DNA of 64,000 bases from Candidatus Shapirobacteria bacterium (GCA_016783425.1 JADHWP010000001.1:7272-71271); one strand, 5' to 3'; counted from the stretch's first letter, positions 48,364-58,627 are shown. The notes: a model not told the origin generated them from the sequence alone. A program made the numbers and translations.

Positions 48364-49377
48364 ATGTATCAAGATCTTCATACCCACACTATTCTTTCTG
48401 ACGGCTTAACCACCTATAAGCAAACTCTGGATATTTGCGTTCAAAATAATATCTCTGTGGTTGCTTTTACGGATCATGATTTAGTCCCCGGCAAAAAAGA
48501 GCTAAAAATCCTGAATAATTTGAGAAGCCATCAGACCAAGTGGATAGCGGGGGTAGAGATGAGTACTAATATTGCCCAACATCATATAGTGGGCTTGTTT
48601 GTTGATCCTGTTAACAAAGCCCTAATTAAACAGGGGCAAACTATCATTCAGGTACGCCTGGAAAGATTGGCGAAGCTGGTTAAAAATATTCGTCAACTGG
48701 GTTTTAATTTAACAAAAAAGGAGTGTTTAAGCGAAGCAAGCGGGGAGGTAGTTCGGCGGCCTCATATAGTAGCCGCTTTGCTGAAAAAAGAAAAAAACAT
48801 TCAACTTGTCAAGCAATTAATTAAAAAGTTTAAAAAGGAAAGCGGGAAAAACGCTGTTTTAAAAGAAAAATATTTACGCATGGAGAAACAAATGAAGGCG
48901 GAAAAAGATAATCCCTATCGTCAGCCGGTTTACGCTTTGTTTTTGTCTTCCGGCGCTTTTATTAAAGGAGTTTATGTTGGAAAAAAGATGGCTTTAAATC
49001 TTGATGGTAATGTTAAGCTAATTCGTAATGCGGGCGGAGTGGCTATTTTAGCCCATTGGTCGGAGTGTAAAGATAAGCTTCCTATTGAAGCGGTAGAAAA
49101 AATGTTTAAAAAGGGTCGGATTGACGGGGCGGAAATTGTTTATGATTTTTACCGGATTGGGATGGGTGAAGAAAAAGAACTAAGAGCGGAACAAAATCAA
49201 ATTAAAAAATTAGTCAAAAAATATAATCTTTTAGCCAGTGGCGGGAGTGACGCTCACTCGGCCGAGGGTTTGGTTCGTTTTGCCAGAAACCCCTGGGCGG
49301 CAAAGCAAACAGTTGGCTTAGTTGAGAAGATGTTGATTAAAAAGAGGGGATTGTTTAGAGGTTGGTCAACCGTATAA
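48364..49377 (+). CDS. PHP-domain phosphoesterase
   Basis: 337 aa; N-terminal DLHTHTILSDG and FTDHD metal-binding motifs. Confidence 0.75.
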   Translation: MYQDLHTHTILSDGLTTYKQTLDICVQNNISVVAFTDHDLVPGKKELKILNNLRSHQTKWIAGVEMSTNIAQHHIVGLFVDPVNKALIKQGQTIIQVRLERLAKLVKNIRQLGFNLTKKECLSEASGEVVRRPHIVAALLKKEKNIQLVKQLIKKFKKESGKNAVLKEKYLRMEKQMKAEKDNPYRQPVYALFLSSGAFIKGVYVGKKMALNLDGNVKLIRNAGGVAILAHWSECKDKLPIEAVEKMFKKGRIDGAEIVYDFYRIGMGEEKELRAEQNQIKKLVKKYNLLASGGSDAHSAEGLVRFARNPWAAKQTVGLVEKMLIKKRGLFRGWSTV

Positions 49378-50030
49378 TGAGTAGTTTCTTGAGTACGGTT
49401 ACCGGAATTATTCAAAAATGGGGTCCTTGGGGTGTATTTGGGGCGGGGGTTGTTGAGCAGATAATTGTTCCTATTCCTTCCCCGATTGTACCCATGGGCG
49501 GAGGCTTTTTCCTGGTTGAAAAAAACATTGCATTAAAAAAAGCGATTGAGCAGGTGTTTTTTAAGGTTGCTTTGCCTTTTTCTTTAGGTTCCACTTTGGG
49601 TTCAAGTCTGGTTTTTTTGTTGGCCTTTTTTGGCGGCGCTTTTTTAATTAATAAATTCCAAAGGTATTTGGAATTTGACTGGAAAGATATTGAGCGGTTT
49701 AAAAAGCGGTTTTTTAAAGGCAAGGTGACGGACGAACTGCTGATTTTTGTTTTTATGGCTATTCCCATTATCCCCTCGTCTTTTATTTCCGCTGTTTGCG
49801 GCGCCATTAGAATTAAAATGAGTGATTTTTATTTTTTTACTTTTTTAGGACTTTTAACCCGGGGCCTGATTTTGGGGTTTTTTGGCTGGTGGGCGGGGGA
49901 GGCTTATTGGGAAATGGCCGAAGGCGTTAATCAAATAGAAAGCTTGGTTTTTTTATTTTTTGGATTGTTGGCATTTGCTCTTTTGGTTTGGGGATATCTA
50001 AAAAGAGATAAGTGGTTAAAAAAGTGTTAA
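49362..50030 (+). CDS. DedA/TVP38-like integral membrane protein
   Basis: 222 aa; multiple TM helices. Confidence 0.5.
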   Translation: MVNRIMSSFLSTVTGIIQKWGPWGVFGAGVVEQIIVPIPSPIVPMGGGFFLVEKNIALKKAIEQVFFKVALPFSLGSTLGSSLVFLLAFFGGAFLINKFQRYLEFDWKDIERFKKRFFKGKVTDELLIFVFMAIPIIPSSFISAVCGAIRIKMSDFYFFTFLGLLTRGLILGFFGWWAGEAYWEMAEGVNQIESLVFLFFGLLAFALLVWGYLKRDKWLKKC

Positions 50031-50039
50031 AATACACCC

Positions 50040-50213
50040 ATGGCAAAAAAAGGAAATAGATTAATTTTAGGCTTACTCTGTTCGGTTTGTAATAATTTTA
50101 ATTATATTACCGAGAGAAACAGAGTAAACACCACGGAAAAGTTGAAGATGCAAAAATACTGCAAAGCCTGCAAAAAGAAAACCGAGCATAAGGAAACAAC
50201 GAAGTTGAAATAG
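50040..50213 (+). CDS. rpmG: 50S ribosomal protein L33 (Zn-ribbon type)
   Basis: 57 aa, not in the ORF table (under 60 aa); MAKKGNRLILGLLCSVC...YCKACKKKTEH with two CxxC pairs. Confidence 0.8.
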   Translation: MAKKGNRLILGLLCSVCNNFNYITERNRVNTTEKLKMQKYCKACKKKTEHKETTKLK

Positions 50214-50221
50214 CTAAAAAG

Positions 50222-50292
50222 GGGCCCGTAGTATAGTGGCAGAATGCCGCCATGGCATGGCGGAGACGGGGGTTCAACTCCCCCCGGGTCCA
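50222..50292 (+). tRNA. tRNA-Ala (anticodon GGC); CCA not encoded
   Basis: Acceptor gggcccg/cgggtcc with G3:U70; anticodon stem ccgcc/ggcgg, loop atggcat; T-arm ggggg-ttcaact-ccccc. Confidence 0.7.
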
Positions 50293-50362
50293 CTCTTCGC
50301 TCTTAAATTTCTTGTCCCTAAATACTAGATACTATATACTAACTACTAGCTACTTAAAACCC

Positions 50363-50433
50363 AGGCCCGTAGTGAAATGGTATCATCAGGGTCTCCAAAA
50401 CCCTTGTTTCAGGTTCAAATCCTGACGGGCCTG
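50363..50433 (+). tRNA. tRNA-Trp (anticodon CCA); CCA not encoded
   Basis: Acceptor aggcccg/cgggcct; anticodon stem agggt/accct, loop ctccaaa; T-arm tcagg-ttcaaat-cctga. Confidence 0.75.
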
Positions 50434-50496
50434 CTGATATAGTTTGGTATAGTTGACAGGATAGGTTTATTAGGTTAAAATACAATCACTAAAACC

Positions 50497-50535
50497 TCCT
50501 GCAAGAGCGCAAGCTGTTTGCAGGATTTTTTTGGC
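50497..50535 (+). terminator. Intrinsic terminator after the tRNA pair (cctgcaa-gagcgcaagctgt-ttgcagg plus T-tract)
   Basis: 7-bp stem followed by attttttt. Confidence 0.6.
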
Positions 50536-50555
50536 AAACAGTGTATACTTAAAAC

Positions 50556-50816
50556 ATGAACCAAAAGCGCTGTTTCGTTCTCATTGATGGCAGTAATTTT
50601 TACTTCAAGCTTAAAGATCTAAAACTTCACAACTTGCTAAAATTTGATTTCTCCGGTTTTGCCAAAATACTGGCCGGAAAAGACAAAATAGTTAAATCTA
50701 TTTATCATATCGGCGCCGTGAGAACTGACGGCACCAAAAAAGCCAGTAAAATGCACGCCGATCAACAAAAACTATTGAGTATATTGGCTTTTCTCACCAA
50801 CCCAGCTTGGCAATGA
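50556..50816 (+). CDS. NYN-domain (PIN-like) protein, probably truncated
   Basis: 86 aa; FVLIDGSNFYF motif at the N-terminus, but far shorter than typical NYN proteins. Confidence 0.5.
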   Translation: MNQKRCFVLIDGSNFYFKLKDLKLHNLLKFDFSGFAKILAGKDKIVKSIYHIGAVRTDGTKKASKMHADQQKLLSILAFLTNPAWQ

Positions 50817-50966
50817 TTGCTAATTGTACAAAATCAAGACTTTTTAAAAAAGAGGGCCTTTTATCTTTTGTTCAAACTGATTGATATTGGTATTCAGGAG
50901 TCGCTAGGTCATTCAGGCTTTCCAAAAATGAGGTTCTAACATAGTCCACCAGGGCCTTTTTGCCCC

Positions 50967-50995
50967 TTGACAAACCCCCCTATGGGGGGTATTGT
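50967..50995 (+). promoter_or_regulatory. csoR promoter TTGACA-17-TATTGT whose spacer is filled by the palindrome ACCCCCCTATGGGGGGT (CsoR-type operator)
   Basis: GC-rich 6+3+6 palindrome at 50974-50990, exactly between the -35 and -10 hexamers. Confidence 0.6.
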
Positions 50996-51002
50996 ATAAA
51001 TT

Positions 51003-51293
51003 GTGAAGATGAGAAAGGGAGAGAAGAATAAATTAATTGCCAATCGGATGAATTATTTAACCGGGCATTTAAAGGCCAATCTTAAGATGTTGAAAGGAGG
51101 CCGTTATTGCATTGACATCATCCGCCAAAACCAGGCCGTTATTGCCGCTTTAAAGAAGGTTAATGAACTTATTTTAAAAGAGCATTTGGACACTTGTGTA
51201 ACCACAGCTATTAGGGGTAAGAGCGAAAAGGATAGGAAAAAAGTGTTGGAAGAAATAGTTTTAGTTTTTAAAGAAGGAGAAAGTGGAAAGTAG
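51003..51293 (+). CDS. csoR: CsoR/RcnR-family metal-sensing transcriptional repressor
   Basis: 96 aa; RYCIDIIRQ...ALKKV...HLDTCV with conserved Cys/His ligands. Confidence 0.8.
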   Translation: MKMRKGEKNKLIANRMNYLTGHLKANLKMLKGGRYCIDIIRQNQAVIAALKKVNELILKEHLDTCVTTAIRGKSEKDRKKVLEEIVLVFKEGESGK

Positions 51294-52467
51294 GAAAATG
51301 ACGAAAGTAAAAAAAGTAAGATATCAAGCCAAGGGAATGCGCTGCCCTTCTTGCGAGCCTTTAATGGAAGAAAAGCAACCAACTAATCTATGGCTTGTTT
51401 TGGTAATTTCCCTTTTCCTTATTGCGACTTTTATTCTGTTTAATAAAAGCGGCCTAGCCGCTTTAGTAAGCGTAAATTCTGCTTCTTCTTTGCCGGTTTT
51501 CCTTATCTTTGGGCTGCTGGCGGGGTTTTCTACTTGTGCGGCTTTGGTGGGGGGAATTGTTTTGTCGATGAGTAAAAAATGGTCTAATTCTTATCAACCC
51601 CATCTTTTTTTCTACTTAGGCCGAGTCCTTTCCTACCTTGTTTTAGGGATGGCTTTAGGAGCAATCGGAAGCATTTTTCAACTTTCAGCTCTTTTTTCTT
51701 CGCTGCTTACTTTTGCAGTAGCCTTATTAATGATTATTTTAGGATTACAGATGGTGGGAATAAAATTACCTGGTTCTTTTCAGTTAGGCTTGCCTAGGTT
51801 TTTTACCCGCTTGGTCGCCAAAAAAATTGATTCTAATAATGGCTATTTTCCTTTTTTAACCGGGGCCTTAACCTTTTTCCTTCCTTGTGGGTTCACTTTG
51901 ACCGTTCAGGCTTTAGCAATCGTTTCCAGAAATCCGATTCAGGCAGGATTAATGCTTTTAGTTTTTGCCCTGGGAACCTTGCCTTCTTTGCTTTTAATTA
52001 GCTTTTCTAGCTTAAAGTTTCTAGAAAAACCACATTTTTCTAACGTTTTTTTGAAGGTAGCCGGGGTTTTAGTTCTCTTTTTTGCTCTTTATAATACTAA
52101 TTCTCAACTTAATGCTTTGGGTTTAAGGAGCTTGAGCGATTGGGGCTCTAGACCTGTTAATGGGGCAGAAAGTGGGCTAGCTCCTATAGTTTCTGGTAAG
52201 CAAGTTTTAAAAATGGAGGCTTTTTCTTCCGGTTATCAGCCTAATTATTTTAGGGTTAAAGCTGGGGTTCCGGTTCGGTGGGAAATTACTGATCAAGGAG
52301 TAAGTGGCTGTACTAATGCGGTCATTTCCAAAGGACTTTTTTCGGGGCAAATTGATTTAGGAGGAGGCAAGGTAAGTATTAAAGAGTTTACTCCTCAAGA
52401 ACCAGGAAGTTATAAATTTAGCTGTTGGATGGGGATGGTTTCCGGAACAATTGAAGTAGAGATATGA
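51283..52467 (+). CDS. Membrane protein (DsbD/TauE-like permease core) with N-terminal CPSC motif and C-terminal cupredoxin-like domain
   Basis: 394 aa; 6-8 TM helices; C-terminal about 100 aa beta-rich with a C-x-M pattern; sits between csoR and copA. Confidence 0.5.
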   Translation: MESRKMTKVKKVRYQAKGMRCPSCEPLMEEKQPTNLWLVLVISLFLIATFILFNKSGLAALVSVNSASSLPVFLIFGLLAGFSTCAALVGGIVLSMSKKWSNSYQPHLFFYLGRVLSYLVLGMALGAIGSIFQLSALFSSLLTFAVALLMIILGLQMVGIKLPGSFQLGLPRFFTRLVAKKIDSNNGYFPFLTGALTFFLPCGFTLTVQALAIVSRNPIQAGLMLLVFALGTLPSLLLISFSSLKFLEKPHFSNVFLKVAGVLVLFFALYNTNSQLNALGLRSLSDWGSRPVNGAESGLAPIVSGKQVLKMEAFSSGYQPNYFRVKAGVPVRWEITDQGVSGCTNAVISKGLFSGQIDLGGGKVSIKEFTPQEPGSYKFSCWMGMVSGTIEVEI

Positions 52468-54467
52468 AAAAGAAGGCGGTTTTGCGAATTTCGGGCCCGA
52501 CTTGCGCTTCTTGTGTGACTTCAATTGATCAAGGTTTGGGCAAGTTTAAAAAACGTTTTTTGATCTCTTTATTTTTAAGCTTACCCCTTTTTTATTTAGC
52601 TATGGGCCCGATGATTGGCCTTCCTGCTCTTCAAACTCCTTTAGCTATTAGCGCCTTAATTCAATTATTAACAGCCACCGCCATTATTCTGGCTAATATT
52701 CAAATCTATTCTTCTGGTTTAAAAAAGCTGGTCCAAAAAAGTCCAAACATGGATTCTTTAATAGCGATTGGCACTTTGTCCGCCTACTTTTATAGCTTAG
52801 CGATTAGCTTAAGCCTTTGGTTTGGCAATAAAGCAACTGAAGAAGCTCATTTTTATTTTGAAAGTGCCGCTTTTATCTTGGTCTTTATTTCCTTGGGCAA
52901 ATATTTGGAAGCCTTAACCAGGGGCAAAACCAGCCAGGCGGTTAAAAAATTAATTGGTTTGGCGCCTAAAACAGCCACTGTTGTTCGCGGGAAAAATGAA
53001 CTAACTGTTCTGATTGCTCAAATTAAGGTGGGGGATATTGTTTTAATCAAACCCGGAGAAAAGATTCCCGTGGATGGAATAGTGATTTCTGGTTATTCGG
53101 GAGTGGATGAGAAAGCAATTACCGGAGAAAGTATTCCGGTGGAAAAAAAAGTAGGAGATACAGTAATTGGAGCGACCATTAACCAAACAGGAACGCTAAA
53201 AGTTAGAATTACCAAAGTAGGGACAGAAACAATGCTTGCCCAGATAATTAAGGCAGTGGAGGAAGCAGTTTCCTCTAAAGCCCCGGTCCAGCTTTTGGCA
53301 GACAAGGTGGCGGCTTGTTTTGTGCCAGTAGTAATGATCATTGCTCTTTTATCAGCCGGAATTTGGTTGTTGTTAGGCCAACCCTTTACCTTTTCTTTAA
53401 CAGTTTTTCTTAGCGTTTTAATTATTGCTTGTCCTTGTGCCTTGGGTTTGGCTACTCCTACCGCCGTAATGATGGGAACAGGATTGGCTGCCCAAAGTGG
53501 AATATTGATTAAAAGCAGTAAAGCTCTGGAAATGGCTCAAAAAGTTAATTTAGTAGTTTTTGATAAAACCGGAACTTTGACCGAAGGCAAGGTTTTAGTA
53601 ACTGGAATACTGGGAAATAATAAAAACAGGGTTTTGCAACTAGCTGCTTCCTTGGAGAAAAAATCAGAACATCCTTTGGCCCAAGCGATAGTGAGTAAAG
53701 CTAAAGAGGAGAAGATAAAGCTCCTGGAAGTGAAAGCTTTTCAAGCTTTTCCGGGCAGGGGAGTGGCAGGAAAGATTGAAGGACAAAAAGTATTAGTAGG
53801 GAAGCCCAAGTGGCTAAAAAGTAAGCTTGGCAAGAGTTTGGAAAAACAAGGAAAAACAGTGGTGGTCGTCTCGGTCGGGAAAAAAGTAATCGGGGCGATT
53901 GCTCTGGCCGATACTTTGAGGCAAAACTCCAGGCAGGTAGTAACGGAGCTTAAGAAAAGAGGGAAAAAAGTGGCTTTGCTTACCGGAGATAATCGCTGGG
54001 TAGCCAGAGAAATTGGAAAACAGCTGGGAATTACCCAAATTTCTTCTGAGGTTTTGCCTCAGGAGAAATCAGCAGAAATCAAAAAATGGCAAGAAAAAGG
54101 AATGGTCGTGGCAATGGTGGGGGACGGAATTAATGATGCTCCGGCGCTAGCTCAGGCTGATTTAGGCATTGCCTTGGGCTCGGGAACGGACATTGCTTTA
54201 GAAACCGGGGAAATAGTGTTAATTAAAAATGATCTTCAAGAGGTAATCAAAGCGATTGATTTGAGCCAATACACTTTAAGGAAAATAAAACAAAACCTCT
54301 TTTGGGCTTTTCTTTACAATATCATCGGTATTCCAATTGCCGCGGGAATTTTTTATCCCTTAACCGGTTGGCTGCTTAATCCGGTTTTAGCCGCCGCGGC
54401 GATGGCCTTTTCTTCGGTCAGTGTTGTTTCTAGCTCGCTTTTAATGAGAAGGCTTAGGCTAGACTAA
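52464..54467 (+). CDS. copA: Copper-translocating P1B-type ATPase
   Basis: 667 aa; N-terminal CASC metal-binding motif, CPC membrane motif, DKTGTLT phosphorylation site, GDGINDAP. Confidence 0.9.
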   Translation: MKKKAVLRISGPTCASCVTSIDQGLGKFKKRFLISLFLSLPLFYLAMGPMIGLPALQTPLAISALIQLLTATAIILANIQIYSSGLKKLVQKSPNMDSLIAIGTLSAYFYSLAISLSLWFGNKATEEAHFYFESAAFILVFISLGKYLEALTRGKTSQAVKKLIGLAPKTATVVRGKNELTVLIAQIKVGDIVLIKPGEKIPVDGIVISGYSGVDEKAITGESIPVEKKVGDTVIGATINQTGTLKVRITKVGTETMLAQIIKAVEEAVSSKAPVQLLADKVAACFVPVVMIIALLSAGIWLLLGQPFTFSLTVFLSVLIIACPCALGLATPTAVMMGTGLAAQSGILIKSSKALEMAQKVNLVVFDKTGTLTEGKVLVTGILGNNKNRVLQLAASLEKKSEHPLAQAIVSKAKEEKIKLLEVKAFQAFPGRGVAGKIEGQKVLVGKPKWLKSKLGKSLEKQGKTVVVVSVGKKVIGAIALADTLRQNSRQVVTELKKRGKKVALLTGDNRWVAREIGKQLGITQISSEVLPQEKSAEIKKWQEKGMVVAMVGDGINDAPALAQADLGIALGSGTDIALETGEIVLIKNDLQEVIKAIDLSQYTLRKIKQNLFWAFLYNIIGIPIAAGIFYPLTGWLLNPVLAAAAMAFSSVSVVSSSLLMRRLRLD

Positions 54468-54543
54468 GCCTTTAGGGCTAGCGGGTAATTAAAACTGGTG
54501 ATTGGCAAAAGACCGAAAGTTAGTTTAGAATAGATTAGGTAAA

Positions 54544-55665
54544 ATGTTTACAGCTAAAAAGCTAGTTATTTATCTTTCTCGGGACAGGCTTAAGGTGGGC
54601 TGGGTAATCTTGGGCCGAGAACCCAAGCTTGCCGGGGTAAAGGAGTATCCTTGGAAAGAGAAAAAGCTAGCCGAAGCGCTAGCAATAGTTAAAACAGATT
54701 TTAAATACGAAAAGGTTTGGGTCGTACTTTCGGATACTTTAAGCTATACTTTGAGATTTGAAGTGCCGGAAACCGAGAAAGATGTCCGGGAGTATGTGGC
54801 TGGTAAGGTGGCGGAAGGGATTCCGGAGATCTTGGAAAATGACTATTGGGATTACAAGGTTACCGAAAAAAGTAAAAAGGGCAAGAAGGTAGAAGTTTTT
54901 GCCCCTGTTAAAGATTTACTGGTGCAATTGAGTCGAGCAGCCAAAAAAGTGGGCTTGGAAGTAGAAGTAATCGAGCCCGCTTCTTTATCCGCTACTCGGC
55001 ATCAGGAGCCGATGATAGGAGTAGCCATGAAAAAAGATATTCAGGGCAAGGATGAGGAAGTCTTAAATGTTGAACCACCAAAAGTTGTGGTGGTGGAAGA
55101 AGAAGCCTGGTCAAAAGAAGAAGAAAAGGAGGAGGAGAAAAAAGAAGAAGATAGTGGGGAAGTAGTTGAAACAATACCTGTTTTTTCGGAGAGCAAAAAG
55201 AAATTGCCGGTATTTTTAATTATTTTAATTTTAACTGCCGGAACAATTGGAGTTTTTTTACTTAGTCGGGTGATAACTAAAAAACAATCTCAAATTGAGC
55301 CTGTTGCGATTCCAACTCTGGCTGAAGAACCCACTTCCACGCCAGAGCCGGAATTAAGCAGGGAGGACTTAATTATTCAAGTTCAAAATGGAACCGGCGA
55401 GCCGGGAGCGGCAGGAGAAGGACAAGATCTTTTAGAAGGCCTAGGCTACCGGGAAGTGGAAACCGGCAACGCTCCTTCTTATAGTTATAAGGAATCGGAA
55501 ATTTCTTTGAAAGAAGAAAAAGCCGCCTACTTTGATTTGCTTTTTGCGGATTTAGGCGTCGAATATTTGGTTAGTTCGGAATCTTCAGTTTTGGATGAGG
55601 ATTCGGACTATGACGCAGTTATTATTTTAGGGGAAAGGGCTGAAGAAGAGGAAGTAGCAGAGTAA
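54544..55665 (+). CDS. Membrane protein with acidic linker and C-terminal LytR_C domain
   Basis: 373 aa; TM helix at about 215-235; C-terminal IQVQNGTGEPGAAGEGQDLLEGLGY LytR_C signature. Confidence 0.6.
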   Translation: MFTAKKLVIYLSRDRLKVGWVILGREPKLAGVKEYPWKEKKLAEALAIVKTDFKYEKVWVVLSDTLSYTLRFEVPETEKDVREYVAGKVAEGIPEILENDYWDYKVTEKSKKGKKVEVFAPVKDLLVQLSRAAKKVGLEVEVIEPASLSATRHQEPMIGVAMKKDIQGKDEEVLNVEPPKVVVVEEEAWSKEEEKEEEKKEEDSGEVVETIPVFSESKKKLPVFLIILILTAGTIGVFLLSRVITKKQSQIEPVAIPTLAEEPTSTPEPELSREDLIIQVQNGTGEPGAAGEGQDLLEGLGYREVETGNAPSYSYKESEISLKEEKAAYFDLLFADLGVEYLVSSESSVLDEDSDYDAVIILGERAEEEEVAE

Positions 55666-55834
55666 AAAAGATTTGACAATTGCTCAAGCAGTGTTTTATA
55701 CTCAAGTTGTTATTGGTTTTTTAGGGAAAGTTGGAAAGATTGACTTTTTGGCAGATAACCTTTTTGGACTCCAGCAGTATTCTTTCGAAAATGACTTTTT
55801 CAAAATAAATTTATAAGAGGGGGTGAGATAATTA

Positions 55835-56245
55835 ATGGCACCAATTAAACTTTATGTAGGTAATTTACCCTGGTCGGCAACCTCGGACGATTTAGGACAG
55901 AAATTTTCTGAAGCCGGAACTGTAGTTTCCGCGCAAGTGGTTACCGATCGTTACTCTGGTCGTTCCCGCGGTTTTGCTTTTGTGGAAATGGAAACTCAAG
56001 AAATGGCGGATAAAGCGATCGAGATGTTCAATGGCAAAGACCTTGATGGCCGGGAAATTGTGGTTAACATTGCCCGACCCAGGGAAGAAGGGGCAGAAAC
56101 AGGAGGTCAAAGCATGACTCCGCCTCCCGCTGATGATCAAACGGATCAACCGGTTGTGGATGATCCAGTAGTCGCTGATCCGGTTAAGGAAGAAGTGGAA
56201 GTAGAGCTTCCTGCGGTAGAGGAAGAAGAAAAACCAGCTAAATAA
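55835..56245 (+). CDS. RRM-type RNA-binding protein with acidic C-terminal tail
   Basis: 136 aa; RNP-2 (LYVGNL) and RNP-1 (RGFAFVEM) motifs. Confidence 0.85.
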   Translation: MAPIKLYVGNLPWSATSDDLGQKFSEAGTVVSAQVVTDRYSGRSRGFAFVEMETQEMADKAIEMFNGKDLDGREIVVNIARPREEGAETGGQSMTPPPADDQTDQPVVDDPVVADPVKEEVEVELPAVEEEEKPAK

Positions 56246-56291
56246 AAAAAGTTGGAAACTAAAAATACCCCCTTTTTAGGGGGTATTTTTT

Positions 56292-56368
56292 TGGAGCCTG
56301 GAGTGGGATTCGAACCCACGACCTCGAACTTACCAAGTTCGCGCTCTTGCCGACTGAGCTATCCAGGC
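56292..56368 (-). tRNA. tRNA-Thr (anticodon GGT)
   Basis: Reverse complement folds: acceptor gcctgga/tccaggc, anticodon loop ttggtaa, GTTCGAATC T-loop, CCA encoded. Confidence 0.85.
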
Positions 56369-56395
56369 ATTGCAACGGGCAAGTTTACCAACTGA

Positions 56396-56434
56396 CCCGC
56401 CTGCCAAAGCTTGAGCTTGGCGATTGCGGGCAGG
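56396..56434. repeat. 39-bp element (internally palindromic), inverted-repeat partner of 58238-58277; 38/39 identity
   Basis: cccgcctgccaaagcttgagcttggcgattgcgggcagg versus the reverse complement at 58238-58277. Confidence 0.8.
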
Positions 56435-56488
56435 GCTACCTGGGCAAAACTTTGCTAATTTTATCACAAATTAGGGTAGAATATCTTA

Positions 56489-57199
56489 ATGTCTAAGTTT
56501 AAAGTTAGCTGTATTATTCCTGCCTATAATGAGGTTAAGAATATCAAGAGGGTTTTGGCTCTTTTGGTTAACTTTCCCTTATTAAGCGAAATTATTGTGG
56601 TTAATGATGGCTCAACCGATAAAACGGGAGAAATAGTTAAAAATAATTTTCCTCAAGTTAGGCTAATAATCTTACCTAAAAATCAAGGGAAAGCAGATGC
56701 TTTAATTGCGGGAGCCAAGGCGGCCAAACACCCAGTTTTATTTTTTTGTGACGCCGATTTAATTAATCTTAAAAAAACCCACCTAAATTCCCTAATTAAG
56801 CCGGTGCTTGGAAAAAAAGTAAAAATGATGGTCGGCGCCCAGGAGTTTATGGCTCCTAACCGATTAAGTAAAAAGTGGCGCAGTAAAAACAAAATGAATG
56901 AGTTTTTAAAAGGCTTAGGAGGAGAAAAAGTTCTTTTTAAGAAAGATTTTTTAAAAATTCCCAATATTGAGAATTCTGATTACGGGGTTGAGCACAAAAT
57001 TATCAATTATTTTCAAAAAAACAAGCTTCCTTTTGATTATTTGGTTTTAAAGGGAGTGACTCATCTTCACAAGGTTGAAAAGTGGGGGATTATGGAGGGA
57101 GCGATCAGGGATCTGAACTCTTACTTTACTTTTGCCTGCCAGTTTTTGGAGAAATTGGGAAAAAAAATTAAAAGTTTTTTTGAAAGTAGATTATCTTAA
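56489..57199 (+). CDS. Family 2 glycosyltransferase
   Basis: 236 aa; SCIIPAYNE...VVNDGSTD...DAD GT2-A fold motifs. Confidence 0.85.
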   Translation: MSKFKVSCIIPAYNEVKNIKRVLALLVNFPLLSEIIVVNDGSTDKTGEIVKNNFPQVRLIILPKNQGKADALIAGAKAAKHPVLFFCDADLINLKKTHLNSLIKPVLGKKVKMMVGAQEFMAPNRLSKKWRSKNKMNEFLKGLGGEKVLFKKDFLKIPNIENSDYGVEHKIINYFQKNKLPFDYLVLKGVTHLHKVEKWGIMEGAIRDLNSYFTFACQFLEKLGKKIKSFFESRLS

Positions 57200-57999
57200 T
57201 TTTCTTCGACCAGATATTTTTTAGCCTTTTGGTAGCTAATACGGAGATACGAAGCCAAGTTTTTCAAAAATTCAGTTTTAGCCCTTTCCCGGTAGCTGGC
57301 AGTTTTAACGGACATGGTTTTTAAAAATATTTCCCAAACTTCTTTGGCAAAAGAAGCAGCCCAGTCCGGCTCTTTTTCCATTTTAAACAAGCGGTCTTTT
57401 TTATTAAAAATAGTGGGTAATACCACGATTTTTTTATCTTTATAAGCTTCATTAAGAATAACTTCTAAACCATAATTGGTTTTTTCAATTTGGGAAATTA
57501 AAGGAAGAATATCTTTTTTTTTCAAACAGCGCTGGCCGGAAAAACGCCAGAGCAAAAAAGTAGAGCCTTTTAAATTAACCGGAATGCCAATGGTCATATC
57601 CGCCTTATTGCTGATTACCGGGTAGATTAAGGTAAAAATATGGTGGTTTTCATAATTCATTAAGTCCGCATCCAAAAAAAGCAAATAAGGATGAGAAGCT
57701 ATTTTTACTCCTTGAGTGATGGCGTAACCTTTGCCTCGGTTTTTAGGAAGATTAACAATCTTAATTTTTTCCCCAAAAGTCCTTAGTTTTTCGAGGGTTT
57801 TGTCCTGGGAGCCATCATTAACTGCAATTACCTCGGCAATGTCTGGGCTTTTTAAGCAAGTGCGAACCATCCCGGCCACAGTTCTTGCTTCGTTGTAGGC
57901 GGGGATAATACAGCTGACTTTTTTATTGCTCACAGCTTGAATTATCTTAAAAAAAGGGGCAATTGTCAAGAAAACCTTGCTTGTAATCTTACTTCTCAA
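57196..57999 (-). CDS. Family 2 glycosyltransferase
   Basis: 267 aa; SCIIPAYNE...VNDGSQD...DADL motifs; convergent with the previous GT2 gene. Confidence 0.85.
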   Translation of the reverse strand: MRSKITSKVFLTIAPFFKIIQAVSNKKVSCIIPAYNEARTVAGMVRTCLKSPDIAEVIAVNDGSQDKTLEKLRTFGEKIKIVNLPKNRGKGYAITQGVKIASHPYLLFLDADLMNYENHHIFTLIYPVISNKADMTIGIPVNLKGSTFLLWRFSGQRCLKKKDILPLISQIEKTNYGLEVILNEAYKDKKIVVLPTIFNKKDRLFKMEKEPDWAASFAKEVWEIFLKTMSVKTASYRERAKTEFLKNLASYLRISYQKAKKYLVEEN

Positions 58000-58625
58000 T
58001 TGTCATGCTAAATCTGTTTCAGCACTTTTTAGTGAGATTATTTCAAAAGTCATTCTGATCCCGACGTTACGTCGGGAGAAGAATCTAGCGAAGCCAGGTG
58101 CAACACTGTACCTGGCGAAGCGCAAACACGCTCCCCCGACTAACGTCGGGATTGCTAGATCCCTCCCTCGCCTGCTGGCGGGTCGGGATGACAACCGGGC
58201 CGTCATTCTGACAAATTAACAACCGTCATGCTGAATTCCTGCCCGCAATCGCTAAGCTCAAGCTTTGGCAGGCGGGGTATTTCAGCATCGATCCTGAAAC
58301 AAGTTCAGGATGACGCTAGGCGAGTTCAGAGCCTGCCCCGAATTCATTTCGGGGATGACACTTGGCGTGGGCAGTTCAGATGTCAAAAAAGGGTGACAAT
58401 TGAGACGTTAAGCTACAATTCTAACTGGCGGTGTGCTTTCGAAAAAATTCGAACTGATTTCGCCCAAAATTTGTAGGGCGGGCGGAATTTCCCCCAGATC
58501 CCCCTTCCGCCCGCCGCACCTGTCCGCCTCTGGCGGAGAAGCGACCCTTTCGGATTGGACGATTTCAAGTTTTTCGTTCCGCTATAAGCGGAACTCTGGG
58601 CTTCGCCCAGTTTGGCGGCAAATTC
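58000..58625. other. ORF-free, GC-rich region densely packed with short and long-range inverted repeats (candidate large structured RNA or nest of palindromic elements)
   Basis: More than 10 hairpins; contains IR partner 58238-58277. Confidence 0.4.
58238..58277. repeat. Inverted-repeat partner of 56396-56434
   Basis: Reverse complement matches 38/39. Confidence 0.8.
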
Positions 58626-58627
58626 TT

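Noticed and set aside
50102-50293. ORF 50102-50293(-), 63 aa
   Set aside because: It is antisense to the rpmG (L33) gene and tRNA-Ala, so it is not accepted as a gene.
50453-50481. Promoter-like TTGACA-17-TAAAAT after tRNA-Trp
   Set aside because: It is followed within 20 nt by a strong hairpin plus T-tract terminator and then the NYN gene. A promoter running straight into a terminator is ambiguous, so it was not called.
58000-58625. RNase P RNA or tmRNA in the hairpin-dense regions (also 5890-6160 and 27230-27412)
   Set aside because: Signature motifs were not found on either strand: GGAAAGTCCGG and ACAGAA for RNase P; GGATTCGAC near a 5' GGGG and a tRNA-like 3' end with ANDENYALAA-type tag ORF for tmRNA. 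Only a partial GGATTGGACG resemblance was seen.
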